64,000 nt of DNA from an uncultured Duodenibacillus sp. (lineage in GTDB: Bacteria > Pseudomonadota > Gammaproteobacteria > Burkholderiales > Burkholderiaceae_F): positions 343 to 64,342 of the forward strand of contig CALXQK010000012.1 in assembly GCA_944390745.1 (NCBI GenBank), given 5' to 3'. Positions 1-9,434 of this stretch are shown one piece after another. The stretch's first letter is position 1; the number at the start of each line of letters is the position of its first letter. The position numbers were made by a program, and so were the translations under genes. The notes under the pieces were generated by a model. It ran no database searches, was not told the origin of the DNA, and saw only the letters and a program-made list of their open reading frames with translations.

Positions 1-230
1 TTTTTCTGCGATCATCACGAATACAGTGTTTTCCCTGAGAATACTCGGCAACAACACGCTGCAAGCCTTGACGAAAGGGACCTGGTGAAAGCAATGAAAC
101 GAGCGGCATTTCTTGATGCGTATCTTTCGCGGAACGTAAAGCCGCTGGTGGCCGATGCCTTCATACATCTTGGATTTTGGTACAGTACCGACCTCTATAT
201 ATAGATATCCCTTGAAGGAAGAAATTCATC

Positions 231-1595
231 ATGACCGTGCGTGTCCTGACGGGCATCAACACCACAGGAACCCTGCATCTGGGGAACTACTGCGGCGCCA
301 TCCGCCCCTGCATCCGCGCCTCGAGAAAAGAGGACGTGGAAAGCTTTCTTTTCATGGCCGACCTGCACGCGCTCATCAAATGCCAGGACCCCTCGCGCAT
401 TGAGCTGAGCCGCATGCAGATTGCTGCAAGCTGGCTTGCGGCCGGCCTTGATCCGGAGAAGGTGACCTTCTACCGCCAGAGCGACATCCCTGAGATTCCG
501 CTTCTGAACTGGATGTTCAACTGCGTCTGCCCCAAGGGCCTCATGAACCGCGCGCACGCCTACAAGGCCATGGTCGAGGCCAACGGCGCACAGAACGAGG
601 ACCCCGACAACGGCGTCTCGATGGGCCTTTTCTGCTATCCCGTGCTGATGGCCGCCGACATCCTCATGTTCAACGCCGACTTCGTGCCCGTGGGGCGCGA
701 CCAGATCCAGCACCTTGAGATGGCGCGCGACATCGCCGCGCGCTTCAACAACCTCTACGGCGTGCAGGAAAACTTCTTCGTCATGCCCTACGAGCAGATT
801 GACGACGAGCTTGAGATCCTTCCGGGCCTTGACGGCCGCAAGATGAGCAAGAGCTACAACAACGTCATCCCGCTCTTTGAGGGCGGCAGAAAGGCGCTTG
901 CTGAGGCCATCAGCCGCGTCGTCACCGACAGCCGGCTGCCGGGCGAGCCCAAGGACCCGGACAGCACGTCGCTGACGCAGATCTTCGACGCCTTCGCCAC
1001 GCACGAGGAGCGCGAGGCCTTCCGCGACGAGCTGCGCAGCGGTCTGGGCTGGGGCGAGGCCAAGAAGCGCCTCGTCGAACAAATCGAGGCCGAGATCGGA
1101 CCAATGCGCGAGAAGTACACCTACTACACGACGCACACAGCCGAACTCGAGGACATTCTCCAGGCAGGCGCCGCCAAGGCGCGCAAGCTCTCCGAGCCCT
1201 TCATGGAGCGCTTGCGCGAGGCCGTCGGCCTGAGAAGCTTCCGGCATCTTTCCGCAGCCGGAGGCAAAGCCGCCGCCCCCGAATCCGCGCCCTCGCAAAA
1301 GACCGCCGAAGTCGCCTCCTTCAAGCAGTACCGCGAGGCCGACGGACTCTTTTACTTCAAGCTCGCCCTTCCCGGCGGACGCGTGCTCCTGACCTCGGTC
1401 GGCTTTGAAAGCGGCCGCGATGCGGGCCAGACCGTTGCAAGGCTCAAGAAGACCTGCTCGCTTGAAGGCCTTGCCGCAAGCGTCGTCTTCGGCGACGGCG
1501 TCTCGGCGCAGGACGTCGAGGCCGCGCTTGCCGCCATGAAGGCCGAGGATGAGCGAAAGGCTGCTCTGAAGGCGCAAAAAAACAGCGCCGGCTGA
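231..1595 (+). CDS. trpS: Tryptophan--tRNA ligase with a C-terminal extension of about 115 aa containing a DUF1508/YegP-like repeat
   Basis: 454-aa ORF. Class I HIGH-region equivalent 'TGTLHLGNY' at the N-terminus and a verbatim 'KMSKS' ('GRKMSKSYNN'). The C-terminal 'FKQYREADGLFYFKLALPGGRVLLTSVGFESGRDAGQTVARLKK' resembles a YegP/DUF1508 unit. Confidence 0.9.
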   Translation: MTVRVLTGINTTGTLHLGNYCGAIRPCIRASRKEDVESFLFMADLHALIKCQDPSRIELSRMQIAASWLAAGLDPEKVTFYRQSDIPEIPLLNWMFNCVCPKGLMNRAHAYKAMVEANGAQNEDPDNGVSMGLFCYPVLMAADILMFNADFVPVGRDQIQHLEMARDIAARFNNLYGVQENFFVMPYEQIDDELEILPGLDGRKMSKSYNNVIPLFEGGRKALAEAISRVVTDSRLPGEPKDPDSTSLTQIFDAFATHEEREAFRDELRSGLGWGEAKKRLVEQIEAEIGPMREKYTYYTTHTAELEDILQAGAAKARKLSEPFMERLREAVGLRSFRHLSAAGGKAAAPESAPSQKTAEVASFKQYREADGLFYFKLALPGGRVLLTSVGFESGRDAGQTVARLKKTCSLEGLAASVVFGDGVSAQDVEAALAAMKAEDERKAALKAQKNSAG

Positions 1596-1626
1596 TTTGC
1601 CGCCTTTGTTTTCTGCTTTTCTCAAG

Positions 1627-1659
1627 GCCCTGTCCGCCCGGCGGCAGGGCTTGTTTTTT
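1627..1659 (+). terminator. Rho-independent terminator after trpS
   Basis: GC-rich hairpin GCCCTG(T)CCGC-ccg-GCGGCAGGGC (1627-1650) followed by TTGTTTTTT. It lies 32 nt after the trpS stop. Confidence 0.6.
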
Positions 1660-1767
1660 CAGCCTGCCCTTTTCAGGCAATGTTTTGCCGCCCCGGAGAA
1701 CGGAGCCGGCGCTACTCTGTGATGCATCAAACTTTGCATCCGTTACTTTTCGCGCAAGGAGCAGCAC

Positions 1768-2460
1768 ATGCCCAAAGTCATCTGCCACATGATTTCCTCG
1801 GTCGACGGACGTCTGTACCCGAGCCGCTGGACGCCCGCCGAGGCCGATGTTTCCGCCGTCTACGAGCAGGCCGCCTCGCAGTTTGATGCGCAGGGCTGGA
1901 TCGTCGGACGCACAACCATGGCCGAGTACGCCGACAGCATCTGCGAGCAGGCCCCGGCCGCAAGACGCACCGACGGCTCGCGCCCGCAGCCCTGGACGGG
2001 CGAACATGCCGGCCGAATGCTTGCCGTCGTCTTTGATCCGCACGCCAAGCTGCACTATCAGGAGCCCGTGCTGCCCACGGGCGAGCATCTTGTCGCCGTA
2101 CTCTCGCCCGAGACGGGCGACGATTACCTTGAGGAGCTGCGCCGCACGGGCGTCTCGTACGTCTTTGCCGAGGACCCTGCGGGCGGGCTTGCCGCTCTTG
2201 AAGGCTCCTTCGGCGTGCAGACGCTGCTTCTTGAGGGCGGCGGCATCATCAACGGCGCCTTTCTCAAGGCCGGGCTCATTGACGAACTGAGCATTCTCAT
2301 CTACCCGGCCGTCGACGGCCTTGCCGGCGTCTCCTCCATCATCTCCTGCCCGGGACAGGCGGGCGATCTGCCTGCGCAGGGCCAGCGGCTTGAACTGACG
2401 TCCTCGCAGACCTTCCCGGGCGGCGTCGTCTGGCTGCGCTACAAGGTGCTGCGCGCGTAG
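1768..2460 (+). CDS. RibD C-terminal domain / dihydrofolate reductase-like family protein
   Basis: 230-aa ORF. The N-terminal 'KVICHMISSVDGRL' and the 'LLLEGGGIINGAFLKAGLIDELSILIYP' block are typical of the RibD_C (bacterial DHFR-like reductase) fold. Confidence 0.6.
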   Translation: MPKVICHMISSVDGRLYPSRWTPAEADVSAVYEQAASQFDAQGWIVGRTTMAEYADSICEQAPAARRTDGSRPQPWTGEHAGRMLAVVFDPHAKLHYQEPVLPTGEHLVAVLSPETGDDYLEELRRTGVSYVFAEDPAGGLAALEGSFGVQTLLLEGGGIINGAFLKAGLIDELSILIYPAVDGLAGVSSIISCPGQAGDLPAQGQRLELTSSQTFPGGVVWLRYKVLRA

Positions 2461-2696
2461 AGACCCGGCAAGGCAAGGCCGCGGCTGCGCCGTCCCCTTT
2501 CCTGTCGTGCGCCCAGGCGCCTTCCGGGCGCACGGGCATTGAACACCCGGCAAAAGCCGGGGTGTTCAAGTCTTGAAAATTGCAAAAGGTCGTTTCCCGC
2601 GCTCCAGTTCGCCACTTTTTATGGCATCCTTCAGCGCCTTCTGAAAGAAATCCGTTGAAATCAGGAACAACACCAACACAACCAACAGCACCATTT

Positions 2697-3137
2697 ATGA
2701 CAACGACCCCGCAGCAAGACTCCGCGCCGTCGCTTCCGCAGGAGCAAAACCGCCTCATCGATCTCTTCAACCGCGTCATTACGGCCGGCCAGGCCGTGGC
2801 CCTCGTCGTGATTGCCATTGCAGCGCTCTACGGCGTGGGCGAGTCGGCCGTCGCCCTTTTTGAGGGGCAGAAGGTGCAGATCGGGATGCTCCTGATGATC
2901 TTTCTCTACATTGAGATTCTCGCCATGGTCAAGGGCTCGCGGCTCGGCACGCGCGAAATCCCGATTCATACGCCGATTGCGCTCGCCCTTGTGGCGGTTG
3001 CCCGCTACCTGATGGTCGACGTCGAGCACATTGATGCGCTCTACGTGATGTACACCTCAGGCGCCATTCTCCTGCTCGTGCTGAGCCTCTGGGTCGTTCG
3101 CAAAAGCGAGCGCCATTCGCTCAACCGCTTCAAGTAA
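2697..3137 (+). CDS. PsiE-family inner membrane protein (phosphate-starvation-inducible protein E-like)
   Basis: The ORF track starts at 2580. I prefer the internal ATG at 2697. Four hydrophobic segments. 'MIFLYIEILAMVK', 'ALVAVARYLMVD' and 'SGAILLLVLSLWVV' parallel the E. coli PsiE blocks as I remember them. Confidence 0.65.
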   Translation: MTTTPQQDSAPSLPQEQNRLIDLFNRVITAGQAVALVVIAIAALYGVGESAVALFEGQKVQIGMLLMIFLYIEILAMVKGSRLGTREIPIHTPIALALVAVARYLMVDVEHIDALYVMYTSGAILLLVLSLWVVRKSERHSLNRFK

Positions 3138-3261
3138 TCCTGCAAACAACCAGCGGCGTGCGCCTCGAGCGCACGCCTGCAGCCCGGACGGCGGCGCGAC
3201 TGATGCGCGCCAGCCTCCGGGCTTTGTTTTTTGAAGCTTCAAAAAAGCGCGGCGCAGGACT

Positions 3262-3329
3262 GGAAAAACAAAAGAGCTCCCGAACCTTCCTGCCGCCTTC
3301 AGAAGGGCGGCAGAGGAGATTTCGGGAGC
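3262..3329 (-). terminator. Rho-independent terminator after cstA (nested hairpin)
   Basis: Outer stem GCTCCCGAA (3276-3284) / TTCGGGAGC (3321-3329) encloses a CTGCCGCC/GGCGGCAG hairpin. On the minus strand the structure is followed by TCTTTTGTTTTTCC. It lies 46 nt downstream of the cstA stop. Confidence 0.5.
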
Positions 3330-3374
3330 CTTCAGGGGCGGGCGCAGCCGCCCCGGTCCTTGTCAGGGGAAACG

Positions 3375-5069
3375 TCAGCCCTGGGTCGAGCCGCGGTTGA
3401 TGACGGGCGGCGCGTCGCGCAGCCGCGCCACGCAGTGGTAGACCACGAGAAGCGCGAGTACGATGAGCGCCAGGGCCACCACCAGCTGCAGGCCGTGCAC
3501 CATCAACACGAAGGTGCCGTTGCTGGCGGCAACGAAGATCTTGTAGACCGCCTGCAGAAGCGCCGTCATCGTCACCACGAACATGATCGTCATCGGCGCA
3601 TACAGCATCCAGCCCTTGCGGCCGGTGGACTTCAGGAACACCGCCATGCCGGTGAGCACCAGGGCCGAGAGCAGCTGGTTGGCCGAACCAAAGAGCGGCC
3701 AGACGCTCATGTAGCCCGCAATGCACAGCGCATAGCCGCACAGCAGCGTGAGCACCGTGGCAAAGGCCGTGTTGGTAAAGAGCTTCTGCACGGCCGTCTT
3801 CTCCTGTCCGGCCGGGGGCATGAAGAGCTCCTGCAGCGACATGCGGCCGATGCGGGCCACGGCGTCCACCGAGGTGAGGGCGAGGGCCGAGACGCACATC
3901 GTCAGGATGCAGGCCGAGATCTGCTGCGGCACGCCGAAGATTTCCGTCAGGAAGGACGCCACCGAGGTCGAGAAGATCTGAAAGGGCGTGCCCGACGGGA
4001 GCTTGCCGTTGCTTGCGGCCGCGCACACGACCACGAGCGAGACGACGCCGAGCACCACCTCAAGGCACATCGAGCCGTAGCCCACCGGGCGCATGTCGCG
4101 CTCGTTGGAAATCATCTTGGAGCTCGTCCCCGAGCTCACGAGCGAGTGAAAGCCCGAGACGGCGCCGCAGGCAATCGTCACAAAGAGAATCGGGAAGAGG
4201 TCGAGATTGTTGACCGTAAAGCCCGCAAAGGCCGGCATGTTGAGCGTCGGGTTCTGAACGCAGACGCCCACCGCGGCGCACACGATCATGCCCACCAGCA
4301 GGAACATCGACAGGTAGTCGCGGGGCTGCTTCAGAAGCCACATCGGCATCACCGAGGCGGCAAAGAGGTAGGCAAACACCACATAGCGCCAGGTCTCGGC
4401 GTCGGCATAGATCGGAAACTCAATGCCCACGGCAAGCATCACCACCATGAGCACGATGCCCACGACGAGCTGCACGCCCGAGGAGGGCTTGAAGTACTTG
4501 AGGTACAGGCCGAAGAACACGGCCACCACCATGTAGAGCAGCGAAATCGAGCCGGCCGCCGCGCCGGGCATGAGCTCGGCGCCCGTCTTGGAGTAGCCGT
4601 TGAAGGTGTTGGCGACCATGTCGCAGAACGCGGCGATCACCAGCAGCGTAAAGAGCCAGCAGAAAAGCAAAAAGAGCTGGCGGCCCGTGCGGCCCACATA
4701 GTCCTCGATGATCATGCCCACCGAGCGGCCGCCGTTTTTCACCGAGGCGTAGAGCGCAACGAAGTCCTGCACGGCGCCGAAGAAGATGCCGCCCACGAGC
4801 ATCCACAAAAGCGCCGGCAGCCACCCGAACATGGCCGCGATGATCGGTCCCGTCACGGGGCCCGCGCCCGTAATGGACGTGAACTGGTGCGCAAACACCG
4901 TCCAGCGCGAGGCAGGCGAAAAGTCCTTGCCGTCATTGATGCGCACCGCCGGAGTCGGCTTGTCGGGGTCAATGCCCCAGGTTTTCTCAAGCCACCTGGC
5001 GTAGACAAAGTAGCCGAGCAGAAGCGCCGCCGCTGCGATCAGCATGATTGAAAGACCGGTCATGGTCAT
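3375..5069 (-). CDS. cstA: Carbon starvation protein A family transporter (peptide/pyruvate uptake type)
   Basis: 564-aa polytopic membrane ORF. The N-terminal 'FAHQFTSITGAGPVTGPIIAAMFGWLPALLWMLVGGIFFGAVQDF' is the hallmark CstA block. Confidence 0.85.
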   Translation of the reverse strand: MTMTGLSIMLIAAAALLLGYFVYARWLEKTWGIDPDKPTPAVRINDGKDFSPASRWTVFAHQFTSITGAGPVTGPIIAAMFGWLPALLWMLVGGIFFGAVQDFVALYASVKNGGRSVGMIIEDYVGRTGRQLFLLFCWLFTLLVIAAFCDMVANTFNGYSKTGAELMPGAAAGSISLLYMVVAVFFGLYLKYFKPSSGVQLVVGIVLMVVMLAVGIEFPIYADAETWRYVVFAYLFAASVMPMWLLKQPRDYLSMFLLVGMIVCAAVGVCVQNPTLNMPAFAGFTVNNLDLFPILFVTIACGAVSGFHSLVSSGTSSKMISNERDMRPVGYGSMCLEVVLGVVSLVVVCAAASNGKLPSGTPFQIFSTSVASFLTEIFGVPQQISACILTMCVSALALTSVDAVARIGRMSLQELFMPPAGQEKTAVQKLFTNTAFATVLTLLCGYALCIAGYMSVWPLFGSANQLLSALVLTGMAVFLKSTGRKGWMLYAPMTIMFVVTMTALLQAVYKIFVAASNGTFVLMVHGLQLVVALALIVLALLVVYHCVARLRDAPPVINRGSTQG

Positions 5070-5591
5070 GACTCCCTAAAGTTTTTTATATTCCCGGCGC
5101 CCCGGCCGCCGAAACCCAATCTTGTTTCGAATCCCGCGGCTGGGGCCGCCCTTGTCTTTGTTTGCATTTGCGCTTTCGCACGACGGACGCACGCGCCAGG
5201 ACCACTGTCTGCGTGCATCTACAACAAATCAGGGATAACCCGACTTTTTGTCGTCGAAAAAGCCTCTTTTTGGGAAGCGAGCGACTATCGTACTCCCTAG
5301 CCTGTACCCAAACAACATCGATATATGTTTACGGTCAAAACTTGTGCACGCAAATGCACTTTTTTCAGCTGTCCCTAGGCTGTTCTGCCTAGAAAAAAGG
5401 GGCTTTTGCACGCCTGCGGCCGGCCGCCCCGCACCATTGCGGTGCACATGTCGGCCGCAGGCCGCGTACACGCGCCCAACCTCCTGCGCGGCGCAAGTCT
5501 GAAGCCCCCTGCCGGGGGTTAAGATTGTCGTTCGCGCGCCTCTGACCCTGGGGCGCCTGTGCCGCACAACCCACCTGTCTTCTCAACGCGC

Positions 5592-6389
5592 ATGCCCAGT
5601 CCCTCCAGCCTCTTTTCGCCGCTTCCCGACCCCGTGCATCCCGCGCGCATCGGCGACGTTCTCATCGGCCCGCAGCCCGTCAAGATTCTTGCAAGCATCA
5701 TGGCCCCGGGCACGAGCGACCTCATCGAGACGGCCTACGACTACCAGCGGCTTGAGGGCGACAGGAGCATCGACATCCTCGAGTGGCGCGCCGATTTTTT
5801 TGAATCCCCGGGCCTCAACGCGTTTCTTGCCGCGGCGCTTGAATTGCGCCAGTGCACGGAAAAGCCCGTCGTCTGGACGCTGCGCACCCGCGCAGAGGGC
5901 GGACTTGCCCCCGACGACGAGAGCTACCGCGAGCAGGTGCTCGGAATGGCTGCCTCGGAACTGGTCGACGCCGTCGACATGGAGCTTGCCCGCGGCATCA
6001 CGGCTGAGGACGTCGCTCTTGCCCGCCAGGCGCAGACGCGGGTCATCCTGAGCTACCACAACTTTGAGAAGACGCCGTCGCAGGAAGCCATGCTTGAGAT
6101 GCTTCTGGCCATGGACGCGCTCGGAGCCGACGTGCTCAAGATCGCCGTCATGCCCCGCACGCCCGAGGATGTGCTCAGCCTTTTGTCGGTCACTTGCGCC
6201 GCGCGCCGCCGCACCGGCAAGCCCGTCATCAGCATGAGCATGGGCGCCTGGGGGGCGCTTTCGCGCGTAAGCGGCGCGATCTTCGGCTCCTCGGCTGCCT
6301 TTGCGAGCGTCGTGCACGCCTCGGCTCCCGGACAGTTTGAGGTCTCCCGCGCCCGGACGCTGATGCGCGAGCTGCTGCAAGCCTCCTGA
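5592..6389 (+). CDS. aroD: 3-dehydroquinate dehydratase, type I
   Basis: 'VILSYHNFEKTP' (catalytic His region) and 'DVLKIAVMP' (Schiff-base Lys region). N-terminal 'VLIGPQPVKILASIM' aligns with AroD 'LVIGTGAPKIIVSLM'. The start is ATG 5592 or GTG 5559. Confidence 0.8.
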   Translation: MPSPSSLFSPLPDPVHPARIGDVLIGPQPVKILASIMAPGTSDLIETAYDYQRLEGDRSIDILEWRADFFESPGLNAFLAAALELRQCTEKPVVWTLRTRAEGGLAPDDESYREQVLGMAASELVDAVDMELARGITAEDVALARQAQTRVILSYHNFEKTPSQEAMLEMLLAMDALGADVLKIAVMPRTPEDVLSLLSVTCAARRRTGKPVISMSMGAWGALSRVSGAIFGSSAAFASVVHASAPGQFEVSRARTLMRELLQAS

Positions 6390-6421
6390 AACCCGACTTT
6401 TGAAGCCCCAGGCCCCAGCCC

Positions 6422-7669
6422 ATGTCCGACTCCCCCTCGCAGGCACCGAAAAGCTCCCCGGCGCGCCGCACGCAATACACGCTCAGAGACGTCTTCACGC
6501 CGGTCTTCATCGGCATCTCGCTCATCAACTTTCTGGGCATGGTCGCCTACTACGCGGCCTTCGTCGTGAGCACGAGCTTTCTGACGCAGGTGCACCACGC
6601 CAGCACGAGCATGGCCGGCCTTGCCACAGGGATCGTCGTGATCGGCTGTCTGGTCGGGCGCTTCTTCAGCGGCCGCATCGTCGAACTCGCAGGCTGCCGC
6701 ATCGTGCTTGCCGCAGGCGTGATCCTCTACATGGCCTCCAACATCGGCTACCTCGCCGACGGCGGCCTGTGGTACTACTTTTTCATCCGCTTCATCTCCG
6801 GCGTCGCCGTGGGCGTCATCGGCACGGTGACGGGATCGGTGGTGGCGCTGATCACGCCCCGACCCCTGCTCGGACGCGGCATCTCGTACTTTTCCATGAG
6901 CACGGCCCTGGCGCTGTGCTTCGGTCCCTTCCTCGGCATCGCCTTCCTGGACATTCTGGGCTATGAGGGGATCTTCCTTGTCTGTGCGGCCATCTCGGCC
7001 GTTTCGGTTGCGATCGCCCTCTTTCTATCCGTCCCGAATCCGCCCGCAAGGACGGCCGCCAGGCGGATTTCAATCGAGGACTTCATCGCCCCGAAGCTCA
7101 TTCCGTTCTGCCTTCTGATTGCGCTCTTTTGCCTTGGCTGGGGCTGCGCGCAGGCCTTCCTCGCCTCCTACGGCAAGGCCTACGACGTCACCGGCGCGGC
7201 CTCGCTCTTTTTCCTTTTCTATGCGGCCGCCGTGCTCATCTCGCGTCCCTTCACCGGCAGAATCTACGACTCTCACGGCCCGGCCGTGATCTTCTACCCG
7301 GCCATCGCCTCCCTTGCCGCCGGCCTCGGACTGCTGTGGACGGCCTGGGGCGAGTGGAGCGTGCTTGCCGCAGGCGTGCTGATGGGCTTTGGCTTCGGCA
7401 ACATCCAGTCCCTCGGCCAGAGCACGGCCGTCTCAATGGTGCCGCGCGAGCGCTACACGCAGGCAACGAGCACCTTCTACATTTGCTTTGACCTCGGCAT
7501 CGGCGCGGCGCCCTACCTCTTCGGCCTGCTTGCCGGCACGCTCAGCCTTGCGCAGATCTTCGGCATCAACGCCCTCATCGCCCTGGCAGGACTGCCGATC
7601 TACCGCCTGATTGCCCGCTACCGCACGCAGCGTCCCGCCTCGGGCGAGGCCGTCAATCTCGACGACTAG
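6422..7669 (+). CDS. MFS transporter
   Basis: 415-aa ORF with about 12 hydrophobic segments. It has the MFS-type 'GRFFSGRIVELAGCR' loop between TM2 and TM3 and a second-half 'RPFTGRIYD' repeat of it. Confidence 0.8.
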   Translation: MSDSPSQAPKSSPARRTQYTLRDVFTPVFIGISLINFLGMVAYYAAFVVSTSFLTQVHHASTSMAGLATGIVVIGCLVGRFFSGRIVELAGCRIVLAAGVILYMASNIGYLADGGLWYYFFIRFISGVAVGVIGTVTGSVVALITPRPLLGRGISYFSMSTALALCFGPFLGIAFLDILGYEGIFLVCAAISAVSVAIALFLSVPNPPARTAARRISIEDFIAPKLIPFCLLIALFCLGWGCAQAFLASYGKAYDVTGAASLFFLFYAAAVLISRPFTGRIYDSHGPAVIFYPAIASLAAGLGLLWTAWGEWSVLAAGVLMGFGFGNIQSLGQSTAVSMVPRERYTQATSTFYICFDLGIGAAPYLFGLLAGTLSLAQIFGINALIALAGLPIYRLIARYRTQRPASGEAVNLDD

Positions 7670-8020
7670 CCGAGCCGGCGGCGCGGGCGCCCCGAAACTG
7701 AAGAAAATTTGCAACACCCCGGGAGCGCCCCGCACCTGCGGCCGCCCGCGGTGCCGCCAGCGTCAAGCAAGGCGCAAGCGATTGATTATTCAGCGCTTTT
7801 TCTCAATCACGCACCACCAGCCCCGGACCGGGCGCCCGTCCTGCGCCCCATCGCCCGGAGCCGGAGAATGCCGCCGCCGGCAGTGTTTCTATAATGGCGG
7901 ATCTGAAAGCCAGCGAATGAAGACCTGCGCCGCCGCGCCGGGATTCGAACCCCTGCCGCCGGGCGCTTCTTTCGCGCGCCGTCCTGTTTCTCCCAGTCAA
8001 GAAAGCCAAGGAAGCCTGTC

Positions 8021-9292
8021 ATGAAGACTTATGAGTTCGCCTACGGGCACTCGAGCAAGAAATTCAATCTCGACGAAGAGCTCGTCATCAAGGAGGTGCG
8101 CACGCAGCCCTTCCCGGTGATGACCGACATCAAGTCGGGCGTGCTCGAAGCCATCTACAACCCGATCGGATGCGAGCCGATCGACAAGATCATCAAGCCC
8201 GGCGATACCGTTGCCTTCATCTGCAACGACCCCACGCGCGTGGCCAACAGCTACGACTTCATGCCGGTGCTCGTCAATGAGATGAACCACCTCGGCGTCA
8301 AGGACGAGGACATGCGCATCGTCTTCTCGCTCGGCACGCACCGCGACATGCCCCATGAGGAGATGGTCGCCTCCGTGGGCGAGGAGGTCGCCTCGCGCAT
8401 CAAGATGTACAACAGCACGGCCACCAAGACCGAGGACTTCGAGTACTTCGGCACGACGAGCCGCGGCACGCCCGTGTGGATCAACAAGCTGCTGTGCGAC
8501 GTCGACCACATCATCCTCACCGGCACCATCGTGCACCACTACTTCTCGGGCTACGGCGGCGGCCGCAAGGCCATTCTGCCCGGTTGCGCGGCCATGGAGA
8601 CCGTGCGCCGCAACCACAGCTGGATGCTCGATGACAACGCCGCCCTCGGCCGCACCGTCGGCAACCCCGTTTACGAGGACCAGATGGAGGGCGTGGCGCT
8701 CTTTGCCAAGGGCCGCTCGCTCTTTTTGTTCAACGCCATTCTCAATGCGCACCACGAGTTCCTGCGCATGTTTGCCGGCGACTACATCGCCGCGCACAAG
8801 GAGGCCTGCAAGTTCGTCGACCAGGCCTACGGCTGCGTCATCCCCGAGGAGGCCGATCTCGTGATCGCCTCCTGCGGCGGCTACCCCAAGGACATCAACG
8901 TCTATCAGATGCAGAAGACGATGGACAACGCGGCCTGCGCCGTCAAGAAGGGCGGCGTGGTGATTCTTCTGGCTGAATGCGAGGAGGGCTCCGGCTCCAA
9001 GCTTCTTGAGGAGACCTTCAAGCGCCTGCACACGCCCGAGGAAATCAAGGCCGAGCTGCAGGCCAACTTCCAGATCGGCGCCAACAAGGCCTTTGCCGTG
9101 GCGCGCCCCATCTCGAAGGCCCGCTACATCCTGGTGACGGGACTTGACCGAGACATGGCCCGCTCGATGCTCTTTACGGGCGCCGTGGACACGGTCGAGG
9201 AGGCGCTTGAGCTTGCCAAGCCCTACCTGCCCGAAAAGCCCACCATCATCCTCATGCCCGAGGGCAGCCTCACCGTTCCGCGCGTCGAATAG
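8021..9292 (+). CDS. larA: LarA-family nickel-pincer-nucleotide-dependent 2-hydroxyacid racemase/epimerase (lactate racemase-like; substrate unknown)
   Basis: 423-aa ORF with a DUF2088-type N-terminus. 'LGTHRDM' and 'HHYFSGYGGGRKAILPG ... RRNHSW' fit the His/Lys/His constellation of LarA. larB and larC lie 1.3 kb downstream. Confidence 0.75.
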   Translation: MKTYEFAYGHSSKKFNLDEELVIKEVRTQPFPVMTDIKSGVLEAIYNPIGCEPIDKIIKPGDTVAFICNDPTRVANSYDFMPVLVNEMNHLGVKDEDMRIVFSLGTHRDMPHEEMVASVGEEVASRIKMYNSTATKTEDFEYFGTTSRGTPVWINKLLCDVDHIILTGTIVHHYFSGYGGGRKAILPGCAAMETVRRNHSWMLDDNAALGRTVGNPVYEDQMEGVALFAKGRSLFLFNAILNAHHEFLRMFAGDYIAAHKEACKFVDQAYGCVIPEEADLVIASCGGYPKDINVYQMQKTMDNAACAVKKGGVVILLAECEEGSGSKLLEETFKRLHTPEEIKAELQANFQIGANKAFAVARPISKARYILVTGLDRDMARSMLFTGAVDTVEEALELAKPYLPEKPTIILMPEGSLTVPRVE

Positions 9293-9434
9293 CGCTCCCC
9301 TGGCCCGGGGATTCTCCCCGGGTCCATAGGAAAAACGGCCGCATCAAGACATCCCCGGAAGGCGAGGCGCCCTCCGGGGATGCTTCATCTCGACGCTCTT
9401 GCTCCTTGTTCGGACACCAGGGCGCCTCAGGCAG

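Noticed and set aside
1-204. Open reading frame running from the window edge to TAG at 202-204 (frame 1, '...AFLDAYLSRNVKPLVADAFIHLGFWYSTDLYI'). It could be the 3' end of an upstream gene.
   Set aside because: No recognisable motif. Its AT-rich third codon positions are unlike every confident gene in the window. It cannot be distinguished from the non-coding leader of trpS.
195-1625. Many very long ORFs antisense to, or frame-shifted within, recognised genes. Examples: 195-1625(-), 1444-2553(-), 3231-5051(+), 13963-15849(-), 17300-18289(+), 18749-20224(+), 20928-22898(-), 24266-26368(-), 26669-28888(-), 31218-34091(-), 35707-36771(-), 48126-50255(+), 50635-52488(+), 55465-56916(-), 59011-60609(+), 60838-62382(-).
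   Set aside because: Their translations are Arg/Ala/Gly/Pro/His-rich low-complexity strings with no motifs. Each overlaps a gene with clear family signatures. Stop-codon depletion at this GC content produces such shadow ORFs.
3227-3246. Perfect 20-bp palindrome TTTTTTGAAGCTTCAAAAAA between the convergent psiE-like and cstA genes. A GC-rich palindrome GGCGTGCGC-ctcga-GCGCACGCC lies just upstream (about 3146-3168).
   Set aside because: It lies in a convergent terminator zone and probably contributes to bidirectional termination. No evidence for any other role.
5344-5359. GTGCA-N6-TGCAC inverted repeat in the AT-richer cstA/aroD divergent region. I considered it as a CRP/FNR-type site because E. 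coli cstA is CRP-dependent.
   Set aside because: The half-sites do not match the TGTGA/TCACA or TTGAT/ATCAA consensus. A single short dyad is likely by chance.
7940-7953. GGGGTTCGAATCCC on the minus strand, a tRNA T-loop-like sequence followed by an acceptor-like GC-rich stretch. I considered a tRNA gene or a tRNA-3'-end att remnant of an integrated element.
   Set aside because: Only 3 of 5 T-stem pairs form. No D-arm, anticodon arm or complementary 5' acceptor strand can be found upstream. No integrase or direct repeat partner is present in the window.
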